Translations under genes and position numbers: made by a program
Assembly: GCA_965649215.1 (NCBI GenBank)
Contig: CBFGJZ010000002.1
Span: forward strand, 103,225-140,355
Direction: 5' to 3'
From: a candidate division WOR-3 bacterium
GTDB taxonomy: Bacteria > Hydrothermota > Tepidihabitantia > Tepidihabitantales > CAIPLT01
DNA length: 37,131 bases
Shown here: piece after piece, positions 28,713 through 37,131 of the stretch
How positions within the stretch are numbered: position 1 is the first letter of the stretch
Layout of the letters: each line of letters starts with the position of its first letter
Notes under the pieces: generated by a model
Seen by the model: only the letters and a program-made list of their open reading frames with translations
Told to the model about the DNA's origin: nothing
The model's database searches: none

Positions 28713-31700
28713 ATGGACAAAAGATGGTGGAGAGTTATAAGTATTTTATTTATTGTCGGATTAGTTTATGGTTATCCGGAATATGTGCCGATTAGTAAAG
28801 CCGAGATGACTGATGCCTTAAAAATCTACGACGAACCGACTGTTTTGATAAACACACCTAAACATCTGAAGGCAAATACCAATCGAGTAAGTTTGCTCAA
28901 CGAGAGTTTTAGTGACGAGAATTTTCCACCAACAGGTTGGAGTGTGATTCAGACTAATACCTCTATGCAAAGTGGCTTTCCCTGTTATTGGTCTCGTTTC
29001 ACTACACCCCCTTATGCAGTTCATTCTTTGCCTGCAGCCGCAGGTTTATGGTGGTCATATCATGAACAAGACGAATGGTTGATTTCGCCACCCATTCACT
29101 TGACTGGTTCTTCAACTAATCGTTATTATTTACGATATTGGTTTTATGGGTTTTTAGGAGCACGGGATAGCAATCATTATTATACTAAAATTTCAACTGA
29201 TAATGGTAATACTTGGACGGTTCTCTATGACTTAATGGTGCAAACACCGGGTTGGAATTGGTATTACGAGCCATTAGAAATTGATTTAAGCCGCTATGCA
29301 GATTCAACAGTGCAGATTGCCTTTCATTGTCAAGATGGGCCTGCGAATAGTGGTGTCAGTTATGTCTGGTTTGTGGATGATGTTGAAATTGGCTATCCAT
29401 TTTTAAATGATATGGGAGTTGCGAATTTGAATGGGATAAACACAATCCCAGTTGTTGTTGCAGATCCTGATACATATTATATTAAGATCCGCAATTATGG
29501 CACCAATCCTCAAAATAGTGTTTTAGTTTCAATGGCAGTTGAGAATGTGGTGGTGGACCAAATTCAAGTAAGTTTAGATACTTTAGCCAGTTTAGATACA
29601 TTTTTAGTGTGGACACCGACCTTAGCAGGTGATTATACGATATTGTTTTACACTGAATTAACGGACGACGAGAATCCCACCAATGATACGCTTTATTATG
29701 AAATTACGGTTTGTCCGGAATATCATTCTATACCATACAGCAAAGATTTTAATGAAAACTGGGGTGAGTGGGGTTCTAATCCACCGTTCTGCGGATGGTC
29801 AATTGTTGACAATGGCAGTGAATCGCCAAAAGTATGGAATCGTAATGACTGGTATCATGGTTATCTTTCAAATCCTAATCGCAGTTTAGCCGCAGTGCGG
29901 TATTCGCCAGTGGAAGAGCAAGACGAGTGGTTAATTTCACCGCGCTTAGATTGTTCAGTTGATACCCAATATACTTTGAGTTATTGGCATCAGTATGAAG
30001 GTTATCGCAATGCGAATCCAGATACGGGCTTTGTTTTAATTAGCACCGATGACGGTCAAACTTGGACTGAGCTGACTAAATATATCGGCGGTGTTAGTAA
30101 GATAATCAGTAGTGGTTATCAAACTCATAATATTACGCATTTAGTTAGGGGTGAGAATGATGTACGGGTTGCTTTTCGTTATCTTGCGTATAATGCAGCA
30201 CGATGGATGATTGATGATTTTAGTGTGCTTTATACCCCGGCGTATGATGCGATGCCACTTGCGATTGATGTTTCGGATACAATTTTTGTTAATGACACTT
30301 TTGAGATCGCTGTTAAAATCGTAAATAGTGGTCGTAATGAATTATTCGCACCGTGGTATGTTTATTGTAAAATTCGTAATCAATTAGATTCGCTAATTGT
30401 AGCTCAAACGATGCAACCAAATGAGACTTTATCTTTAACTTTTACGAAGACAATCGCAGAAGTTGATACTTATAATATTATCGCCTGGACAGGGTATCCA
30501 ACTGATGAATTTCGCACTAATGATACGATAATTAAGCGCATTAAGATTTCTGGTTGGCGGAGAATGAAAGACCTACCAACCCAAGTTTCTCGTAAAGGTG
30601 TCAATGCCGGTGGCGCCTTAGAGACAGTTGGTGATATTATTTATGCGTTACGGGGGAATAACTCAAATGAGTTTTATGCTTATCTGCCGGAACTAGATAG
30701 TTGGATTAGAAAAAAGGATATGCCATTTGATTATAAACCGGATGGGACACTAATTCCTAAGAAAGTCAAGCAAGGTGGTTCATTAGTTGCTTATCAAAAT
30801 ATGCTCTATGCGTTCAAAGGTGGTAGCACTAATGAATTCTGGGCGTATGATATTGAGAATGACACCTGGTATCGTAAAACTGATATTCCTAAATTATATC
30901 TTAATGCCAATAAAGGTAAAAAAGTCAAGGCTGGTGCGGCTTTAACTCGATATGATACTTTGATTTATGCGTTAAAAGGTGGTAATACGCATGAATTTTG
31001 GGTTTATTATCCAAGTGTAGATTCATGGGCAGCCCGTTGTTCATTAGTGACACCTGATAAGCGGAAGGTTAAAGGCGGTGGTGCGTTAGAAACTTTAGGC
31101 GATACAATTTATGCTTTTGTTGGTGGTAAGACACCGTTCTTCTATGCTTATTCGCCACTAAATGATAATTGGGTTAGAAAATCGGATCCGACTTTTGACC
31201 CACGACCTGTCGCGCGAGCAAAAAGAGTTGTTAAAGATGGTGGTTCGTTAGTTGCTTATCAGGGAAAACTCTATGCATTAAAAGGCGGTAATACCAATCA
31301 TTTTGGTTATTATGATGTGAACGGAGATACTTGGTATACTTTAGAAAATATTCCAGGTCTTAAAAGGGTAAAAGCCGGTGGCGCACTCTCTGCTTATGAG
31401 GGACATATTTATGCGTTCAAAGGTGGTAATCTACAAGAGTTCTGGGCATATCATATTCCAGAACCAACTATTGATAGGATTGCTAATGATAATGCGGTAA
31501 GGGTAAACAATAATCTTATGACTAATCAGGATAAGAGGATATCGCACTCACTACTTAAAATTGTTCCCAATCCAAGTAGTCATAAGACGATGCTTTATTA
31601 TTCAGTTGCCAAACCAAGCCGCGTTCAAATTAAACTCTATAATGCGATTGGTAATTTAATTGCTAATTTAGTTGATAGCAATAAGTCAGTTGGTGATTAT

Positions 31701-31799
31701 TATCTGCAATTGAATACGCTAAATCTATCAAAGGGTATCTATTTTGTGACATGCGAGACCGAATCTGAGCAAACTAAAGTAAAGTTGATTATCCAGTAA
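28713..31799 (+). CDS. T9SS cargo: two cleaved-adhesin/choice-of-anchor-J-like domains, CARDB-like domains, Kelch-like propeller, CTD
   Basis: Signal peptide; 'ESF...FPPTGW', twice 'QDEWLISP' and 'ISTD.G.TWT', 'W..DD'; propeller blades; CTD 'IVPNPS..KLYNAIGNL..LSKGIYFV..KLIIQ'. Confidence 0.82.
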   Translation: MDKRWWRVISILFIVGLVYGYPEYVPISKAEMTDALKIYDEPTVLINTPKHLKANTNRVSLLNESFSDENFPPTGWSVIQTNTSMQSGFPCYWSRFTTPPYAVHSLPAAAGLWWSYHEQDEWLISPPIHLTGSSTNRYYLRYWFYGFLGARDSNHYYTKISTDNGNTWTVLYDLMVQTPGWNWYYEPLEIDLSRYADSTVQIAFHCQDGPANSGVSYVWFVDDVEIGYPFLNDMGVANLNGINTIPVVVADPDTYYIKIRNYGTNPQNSVLVSMAVENVVVDQIQVSLDTLASLDTFLVWTPTLAGDYTILFYTELTDDENPTNDTLYYEITVCPEYHSIPYSKDFNENWGEWGSNPPFCGWSIVDNGSESPKVWNRNDWYHGYLSNPNRSLAAVRYSPVEEQDEWLISPRLDCSVDTQYTLSYWHQYEGYRNANPDTGFVLISTDDGQTWTELTKYIGGVSKIISSGYQTHNITHLVRGENDVRVAFRYLAYNAARWMIDDFSVLYTPAYDAMPLAIDVSDTIFVNDTFEIAVKIVNSGRNELFAPWYVYCKIRNQLDSLIVAQTMQPNETLSLTFTKTIAEVDTYNIIAWTGYPTDEFRTNDTIIKRIKISGWRRMKDLPTQVSRKGVNAGGALETVGDIIYALRGNNSNEFYAYLPELDSWIRKKDMPFDYKPDGTLIPKKVKQGGSLVAYQNMLYAFKGGSTNEFWAYDIENDTWYRKTDIPKLYLNANKGKKVKAGAALTRYDTLIYALKGGNTHEFWVYYPSVDSWAARCSLVTPDKRKVKGGGALETLGDTIYAFVGGKTPFFYAYSPLNDNWVRKSDPTFDPRPVARAKRVVKDGGSLVAYQGKLYALKGGNTNHFGYYDVNGDTWYTLENIPGLKRVKAGGALSAYEGHIYAFKGGNLQEFWAYHIPEPTIDRIANDNAVRVNNNLMTNQDKRISHSLLKIVPNPSSHKTMLYYSVAKPSRVQIKLYNAIGNLIANLVDSNKSVGDYYLQLNTLNLSKGIYFVTCETESEQTKVKLIIQ

Positions 31800-31815
31800 A
31801 AACCTTTAGCCGATT

Positions 31816-31851
31816 GGGTGTGGACTTATCAATAAGTTCACACCCTTTTTT
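31816..31851 (+). terminator. Rho-independent terminator
   Basis: GGGTGTGGACTTAT / ATAAGTTCACACCC stem followed by T6. Confidence 0.88.
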
Positions 31852-31916
31852 ATGAACAATCTAAACTGTTAATAAAAATCTTGACTTAGAGAAATTCAGC
31901 AAGTAGTATAATATAA

Positions 31917-33098
31917 GTGTTCAGAATAAAAATTGGGTATCGATTTCTTCAATACTATTTTTTAATTGGACTTTTATTAATTGTTGTTTTTTGGTTATTT
32001 TACACCCGTTATCTGTTTCAGCAGTTAGAAAAAGAAACTGAGGTGCGGACGCGGATTTATGCCCAATATATGCGTCGCGCTACCGAACCAACTGAAGATA
32101 GTTCGGCAGAATTAGATATTATCTTTGAAGAAGTTATTCAAAAGATTGATTTTCCAGTACTGATTGTTGACCCCAATAACGAAGTGATTACCTATGCTAA
32201 TATTAACGATAAAGAGATTCGAGCCGAACGACTGCCAGCATTAATCCAACGCTTAGACAGCGAACATGAGCCGATTGTTTTGACCATCACTGCTGCTGAT
32301 ACAACTCGCATTTTAGGTACGATTCATTATGGGATGTCTGAGTCGGCTCGCACTTTACGCACTTATCCCTATTTTCAGTTAGGGTTTTTAATTGTTTTTG
32401 TTTTGCTCGGTATCTGGGGACTTATTATCTATCATAAACGCGAGCACGAGTTGATTTGGACCACCTTAGCCAAAGAGACAGCTCATCAGTTAGCGACCCC
32501 GCTTTCTTCTTTTGCAGGTTGGCTTGAGAATTTGAAAAATCACCAGGATTTAAAAGATAGTCAAATGCAATTAGCAGAGATGGAAAAAGATTTAGAACGG
32601 ATGAAAGAAGTTTTGGAGCGTTTCAGTCGAATTGGTTTACCTGCCGAATTGAAAGAGCATTCCATTCAAGACCTAATTATGAAGACGATGATGTTTATCC
32701 AGCGCCGCAGTTCAGAAAAGATTAAGTTTGAGACTGATTTTAAGGCTAATCCAATCGTTAAAGTTGATGATGTGCTGTTTTCTTGGACAATTGAAAACTT
32801 ATTAAAAAATTCCGTAGATGCGATTGGATTAAAAGCAGGCACCATTTTAATTCGCAGTCAAATAAGTGCGGATGGCCAGGCATTAGAAATTGATATTATC
32901 GATTCAGGCGAAGGCATTAAACCCAATCAAGCTAAGAAAATCTTTAAGACGGGTGAGTCCACGAAAAAGTATGGTTGGGGAGTAGGACTTACTTTAGCCA
33001 AACGAATTATTGAAGAATATCATAAGGGTAAACTCTATTTGAAACACTCCGAACCCGGGCAGACCATTTTTACCATCACTTTACCTCTCAATTACTAA
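31917..33098 (+). CDS. Membrane sensor histidine kinase, PorY-like
   Basis: Two TM helices; H-box 'AKETAHQLATPLSS', N-box 'ENLLKNSVDA', G1 'DSGEGI', G2 'GWGVGLTLAKRIIEEYHKG'. Confidence 0.9.
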   Translation: MFRIKIGYRFLQYYFLIGLLLIVVFWLFYTRYLFQQLEKETEVRTRIYAQYMRRATEPTEDSSAELDIIFEEVIQKIDFPVLIVDPNNEVITYANINDKEIRAERLPALIQRLDSEHEPIVLTITAADTTRILGTIHYGMSESARTLRTYPYFQLGFLIVFVLLGIWGLIIYHKREHELIWTTLAKETAHQLATPLSSFAGWLENLKNHQDLKDSQMQLAEMEKDLERMKEVLERFSRIGLPAELKEHSIQDLIMKTMMFIQRRSSEKIKFETDFKANPIVKVDDVLFSWTIENLLKNSVDAIGLKAGTILIRSQISADGQALEIDIIDSGEGIKPNQAKKIFKTGESTKKYGWGVGLTLAKRIIEEYHKGKLYLKHSEPGQTIFTITLPLNY

Positions 33099-33100
33099 TT

Positions 33101-34612
33101 ATGTTAAAAATTCTCTGGATTGATGACGAAGTTGATTTACTTAAACCTTATACTTATTTCTTAAAAGAGAAAGGCTACCAAGTAACGACCGTGACCAATG
33201 GTCCGGATGGGATTGAAAAGGTCAGGCAGGAAAGTTTTGATTTAGTCTTATTAGATGAGATGATGGTAGGTATGGATGGTTTAGCAGTGCTTGCCAAACT
33301 TAAAGAGATTGACCCAAACTTATTAGTAGCAATGGTGACCAAAGTTTCTGAAGAGCAATTGATGAACAAAGCATTTGCCCAATTAGTTGATGATTTTATT
33401 ATCAAGCCATTCACCCCGGCTCAGATTTTAGCAGTCTTAAAGCGTTTAGTGCAGAAAAAAGATTTGATTGGCGAGCGGATTCGCCGTGAGTTTAGTCAAA
33501 TCGCAGTAAAACGGCAAACGATTGAACACTGGCAAGATTGGATTGATTATTATCTTTTGCTTTTACATTGGCAGCAGTTAATTAACCGATTTGGTGATGA
33601 TGTCTTAAAACAGAGTTTTCAAGCTGAACGGATTGAAAGTAATAAAGAGTTTGCTAAATACATTGAACGGGTATATCCGAAATGGCTTAAAGGGTCGGGT
33701 CCGGTGCTTTCGCATCGTCTTTTTGACAGTTACTTAATTGAGCATTTAGGCAAAAAACCGCTCTATTTCTTTCTCTTTGATTCTATGTCATTAGAGCAGT
33801 GGTTTAGTATCTTACCGCTCTTAAAAGAATATTATGATGTAGAGACAAAATACTATTATTCAATTCTGCCCACTGCGACACCATATGCCCGCAATGCGAT
33901 CTTTTCAGGGCTTTTACCGTTAGAGATTTATAATAAAAATCCGCAGTATTGGATATTTGAAGAAACGGCTCAGAATCGTTATGAAGAGCAACTCTTGATA
34001 GAAAATTTGGCACGACATCGCTTTACAGAAAAGATTTTATATCTCAAGACATCTCGCAATGAAGATATAACTGAGAGTATGCAAACGCTTGTTAATACCA
34101 ATCTAAAATTTGCGACTTTGATTCTTAACTTTTTGGATTTATTGATTCATTCTGTTAAAGGACAAAGGTTATTAGATGAGATTGTTGCCGACGAACAGAG
34201 TTTAGTGGGTTTGACACGCATTTGGTTTGGTAATTCTTCGGTTTTAACATTACTTAAAGCATTAGCCAAAAAAGATGCGACGATTATTATCACATCCGAC
34301 CATGGTTTTATCAAAGTTAATCGTCCGACTGTGATTTACGGTGGACGGGAAATTTCCACCAACTTACGCTATAAATACGGCGGGGCATTAAAGATTGACG
34401 AGAAGACCGCAATTCTCTTGCTGGACCCCAAAGAATATATGTTACCAACTGAACATTTAGGGGTGCGTTATGCAATTGCCAAGTCCGACTATTATTTTAT
34501 CTATCCGACCAAACCCAAAGAATACGAACAGACTTATAAATATTCCTATCAACACGGCGGCGTCTCGTTAGAAGAGATGATTTTACCAATCGCCTTCTTA
34601 AAGCCAAAATAA
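33101..34612 (+). CDS. porX: PorX-like response regulator with C-terminal PglZ (alkaline-phosphatase superfamily) domain
   Basis: Receiver 'ILWIDDEVDLLKP', 'LLDEMMVGMDG'; PglZ motifs 'YYSILPTATPYARNAIFSGL', 'IITSDHG', 'STNLRYKYG', 'YQHGGVSLEEMILP'. Confidence 0.85.
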   Translation: MLKILWIDDEVDLLKPYTYFLKEKGYQVTTVTNGPDGIEKVRQESFDLVLLDEMMVGMDGLAVLAKLKEIDPNLLVAMVTKVSEEQLMNKAFAQLVDDFIIKPFTPAQILAVLKRLVQKKDLIGERIRREFSQIAVKRQTIEHWQDWIDYYLLLLHWQQLINRFGDDVLKQSFQAERIESNKEFAKYIERVYPKWLKGSGPVLSHRLFDSYLIEHLGKKPLYFFLFDSMSLEQWFSILPLLKEYYDVETKYYYSILPTATPYARNAIFSGLLPLEIYNKNPQYWIFEETAQNRYEEQLLIENLARHRFTEKILYLKTSRNEDITESMQTLVNTNLKFATLILNFLDLLIHSVKGQRLLDEIVADEQSLVGLTRIWFGNSSVLTLLKALAKKDATIIITSDHGFIKVNRPTVIYGGREISTNLRYKYGGALKIDEKTAILLLDPKEYMLPTEHLGVRYAIAKSDYYFIYPTKPKEYEQTYKYSYQHGGVSLEEMILPIAFLKPK

Positions 34613-34650
34613 AAAGACGATAAATAATTACAAATTACAAACTGTCTGTA

Positions 34651-34847
34651 AGATTGCTTCGGTCGCTTTGCTCCCTCGCAATGACAGAAAGAGAGAGTAG
34701 CGTCTGTTAGATTGCTTCGGGATTGCTTGCGCAATCTTCTCGCAAAGACGGGAACTTGAATGTCATTGCGAGCCGAAGGCATGGCAATCTTGCTGACAGT
34801 GTTTCCCTTTCTGTCATTGCGAGCCGAAGGCGTGGCAATCTTACCAA
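34651..34847. repeat. Cluster of four REP-like short repeats (GTCATTGCGAG...GCAATCT), two reverse and two forward
   Basis: Reverse copies 34651-34686 and 34709-34749; forward copies 34761-34790 and 34812-34841 (TGTCATTGCGAGCCGAAGGCRTGGCAATCT, one mismatch between them). Confidence 0.85.
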
Positions 34848-34928
34848 CCGAAAATAATATATCTTTACGAAACAATGAAACAGAACGATTGCTAAAAAGT
34901 TTTTTCTAGCTGCGTGTCTGTACGGGTA

Positions 34929-35132
34929 GGTTGCTTGATAGATAATAAAGTAGGTTACCTTCTCGATGAGTAAATTGGTTACCAAGTAGGTGACCTATAG
35001 GGTAGCCCCCTGGCTCACCTAAAAGGCGACTTAATATTTTATCTAATCGATTAGATAAGAGATTATAAAGTATGCAATCAACTAAATTATCTACTAAATT
35101 ACCTATTTAATAAGTTAGATGGTTAAATAGAG
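34929..35132. repeat. Degenerate 12-bp phased tandem array B (17 units, GGTNACC-N5 type)
   Basis: In 12-mers from 34929, position 3 is a pyrimidine in 17/17 and position 5 a purine in 17/17 (A in 15): ggttaccttctc gatgagtaaatt ggttaccaagta ggtgacctatag ggtagccccctg gctcacctaaaa ggcgacttaata. Confidence 0.88.
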
Positions 35133-35180
35133 CGCTTAGAAAATTATTTGATTAATAAAAAGACAAGATTATTTATTTTT

Positions 35181-35222
35181 CGTCATTGTGAGTGAATGAA
35201 ATGAGCGTGGCAATCTTACCAA
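35181..35222 (+). repeat. Fifth REP-like copy
   Basis: CGTCATTGTGAG...GCGTGGCAATCTTACCAA; 18 nt (35205-35222) identical to 34830-34847. Confidence 0.75.
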
Positions 35223-35629
35223 AATGGCAAAAGACTGTTTAATGCCCCTATTAGAAAATTATAAGCCAAATAAAATTTTTATACTATTTATGTTATAACA
35301 ATCTAATAATGAAAAAGTTATGGAATATTAAATCTTAGTTATATCTAAACAAGATACTTGACAGATTAAATAATTTTAAATACATTATAAAAAATAATAG
35401 TTGTGGTATAGTAGACAACAACTAATGATAATATACAAACAAGTACGTGGTTTTAGAGAAGATGGGATGGATGATGATTTTGCTCTAACATCATATAACT
35501 ACCCACTTCACACGATATTTAGAATAGATATAAACTTGGGCAGTTCTAAATATGCAGTTGTGAAGAGCGGGTTTTTACTCGGTGCTCTGCACCAAACAGA
35601 TGCCCAAAGTAAAATAACGGAGGTATAAT

Positions 35630-37131
35630 ATGCGTAAAATATGGTTAGCAGTATGTTTAGTTGTATTGACGATGGGATTGGCCTTTGCCAAAACCAATCC
35701 AGCAACTGCTGAAGCACCAACTAAACTAACTGAAAAAGTTGAAATTTCAATTGCGCAACCTTATACACCATCAGCGATTGATGTCGCTCAATGGTATCCA
35801 ATCGCTGCGCCGGTTGATTCGCCAAACCGCATTGTGCATGCTACTGCCTATGACCCTGTGAATGATAAGATTTATATGTTTGGTGGAAATGCTCAAGGAA
35901 CGGCGCAAACATATCAAAATCTTAATCAACAGTATGATCCGCAAACTAACACTTGGACTAATAAAGCACCAATGTCAATTGCTCGGGGTTGGATGTCTGC
36001 TTCATATGTTCGCGGTAAAATTTATGTGATTGGTGGTTTAATAAACGCCGCTACATCAACACCGACAAACTTAAATGAAGCATATGATCCTACAAGTGAT
36101 GCTTGGACTACTAAAGCACCAAGACCAATTGCTCGTGGTTGTCAATTACAAGCAGTGTGGCGTGATTCATTCATTTATGTGATGGGTGGTTGGGATGGTG
36201 TTTCAGGCAGTCAAACTACTCAAGTTGATATTTACGATCCATTCAATGATTTATGGTTGAGTGGTACACCTTTACCACAATCAGCAGATATGGGTGGTGC
36301 GGTGATTGTTGGCGATACTATTTATATAACTAATGCAGTTTTGCGTGGTGCAACTTCCACTTGTTGGACTAATCTGTACAAAGGTTATATTAACCCCGCA
36401 AATCCAACGCAAATTACTTGGATTGCAGGACCGGCACACAACCCTCCAACTTCAATCGCAGGCGCTGCCGCACTTGGTAACAAAGTCTATTGGTTAGGTG
36501 GCTTTGAAAACTTGACGACAGGTTCAAATAAACTTTGGGTATATGATATTGCGACGGGTTTAATTAGCACCGAAACACAATATCTTTATACAATTGCTCG
36601 TATCAATTATCTGGTTGCTCGACCATCGCAGAATGAATTATATGTATTGGGTGGCGATGCTAATTGTGATTGGAACAGACCAAATAATTTTTATTATAGA
36701 TATAAAGAATATACTAATGATGTTGGGGTGGATGCAATTGTTAGTCCTGGTACAGGACATTTGGTAAACACTCAAATGATACCAGCAGCAAGAATTAAGA
36801 ACTTTGGCACGGCAAGCCAGAGTTTTACGGTTCGTTGTTCAATTATTAATGCCAGTGGTACGGTTCGTTATGTCAATGATGCTTCAGTGACTTCACTTGC
36901 TGGCGGTGATACGATTACTAAAACATTTGGCACTTGGACCCCGACCGTTACAGAAAATCTGACTGTTTATGTCACAACTTATTTAGCTGGCGATGAATAT
37001 AACGGCAATGACCAACAAACACAAGCCTGTGAAGTTGGAAGTTATATAATCATTGGTACAGGAACGACCAGCTCTCCACTCCAACCTGTTTATCGGTATT
37101 GGAACTATTCTACGCATGAAGTAATTTATTT
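35630..37131 (+). CDS. Secreted Kelch-repeat protein with CARDB-like domain, 3'-truncated (absent from the ORF track)
   Basis: GGAGGT RBS, ATG 35630; MRKIWLAVCLVVLTMGLAFA signal peptide; canonical Kelch blades 'DKIYMFGG', 'YDPQTNTWTNKAPMSIARG', 'GKIYVIGG', 'FIYVMGGWDG'; then 'NDVGVDAIVSP...RIKNFG'; runs off the window end. Promoter TTGACA-17-TACATT at 35358-35386. Confidence 0.88.
   Translation, partial: MRKIWLAVCLVVLTMGLAFAKTNPATAEAPTKLTEKVEISIAQPYTPSAIDVAQWYPIAAPVDSPNRIVHATAYDPVNDKIYMFGGNAQGTAQTYQNLNQQYDPQTNTWTNKAPMSIARGWMSASYVRGKIYVIGGLINAATSTPTNLNEAYDPTSDAWTTKAPRPIARGCQLQAVWRDSFIYVMGGWDGVSGSQTTQVDIYDPFNDLWLSGTPLPQSADMGGAVIVGDTIYITNAVLRGATSTCWTNLYKGYINPANPTQITWIAGPAHNPPTSIAGAAALGNKVYWLGGFENLTTGSNKLWVYDIATGLISTETQYLYTIARINYLVARPSQNELYVLGGDANCDWNRPNNFYYRYKEYTNDVGVDAIVSPGTGHLVNTQMIPAARIKNFGTASQSFTVRCSIINASGTVRYVNDASVTSLAGGDTITKTFGTWTPTVTENLTVYVTTYLAGDEYNGNDQQTQACEVGSYIIIGTGTTSSPLQPVYRYWNYSTHEVIY

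Noticed and set aside
1676-34013. Numerous 60-130 aa ORFs nested in or antisense to long genes
   Set aside because: Shadow ORFs of well-supported CDSs with no independent signals.
34651-34847. CRISPR array
   Set aside because: Repeats are in mixed orientation with variable interiors and short irregular spacers, and there are no cas genes. REP-like repeats fit better.
34549-34985. Minus-strand ORFs of 108 and 92 aa
   Set aside because: They are translations of the REP-like repeats and part of array B, overlap porX or each other, and lack gene-like features.
35401-35720. ORFs of 75 aa (+) and 70 aa (-)
   Set aside because: They lie in the leader of, or antisense to, the well-supported Kelch gene at 35630, with no RBS or recognisable motif.

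Overview
AT-rich bacterial chromosomal segment, most likely from an FCB-group organism. The 'KGGNT.EFW.Y' propeller proteins with T9SS-type tails suggest candidate phylum WOR-3 (inference). It carries the 3' part of hutI, ppsA, three parvulin/SurA-type PPIase genes, tRNA-Ala(TGC), an isochorismatase-family hydrolase, a sugar nucleotidyltransferase, polA, a surface-polysaccharide cluster (wecB, wzz-like, wzx, O-antigen ligase/polymerase, three glycosyltransferases, a CofE-like ligase), several secreted T9SS-cargo/Kelch proteins and an adjacent PorY/PorX-like two-component pair. The most striking observation is a stand-alone 123-aa gene (7303-7674) with strong expression signals. By eye its product resembles the SIRV2-type major capsid protein of archaeal filamentous A-DNA viruses (Adnaviria). 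Just upstream is a non-coding array of 19 strictly phased, degenerate 12-bp units with a palindromic GGTNACC-type core (6937-7164), and a second array with the same grammar lies 28 kb away (34929-35132). SIRV2-type capsid dimers bind 12 bp each, so this may be a domesticated capsid-protein/DNA-array nucleoprotein system. The arrays are directly visible in the sequence. The fold assignment and the functional link are unverified.
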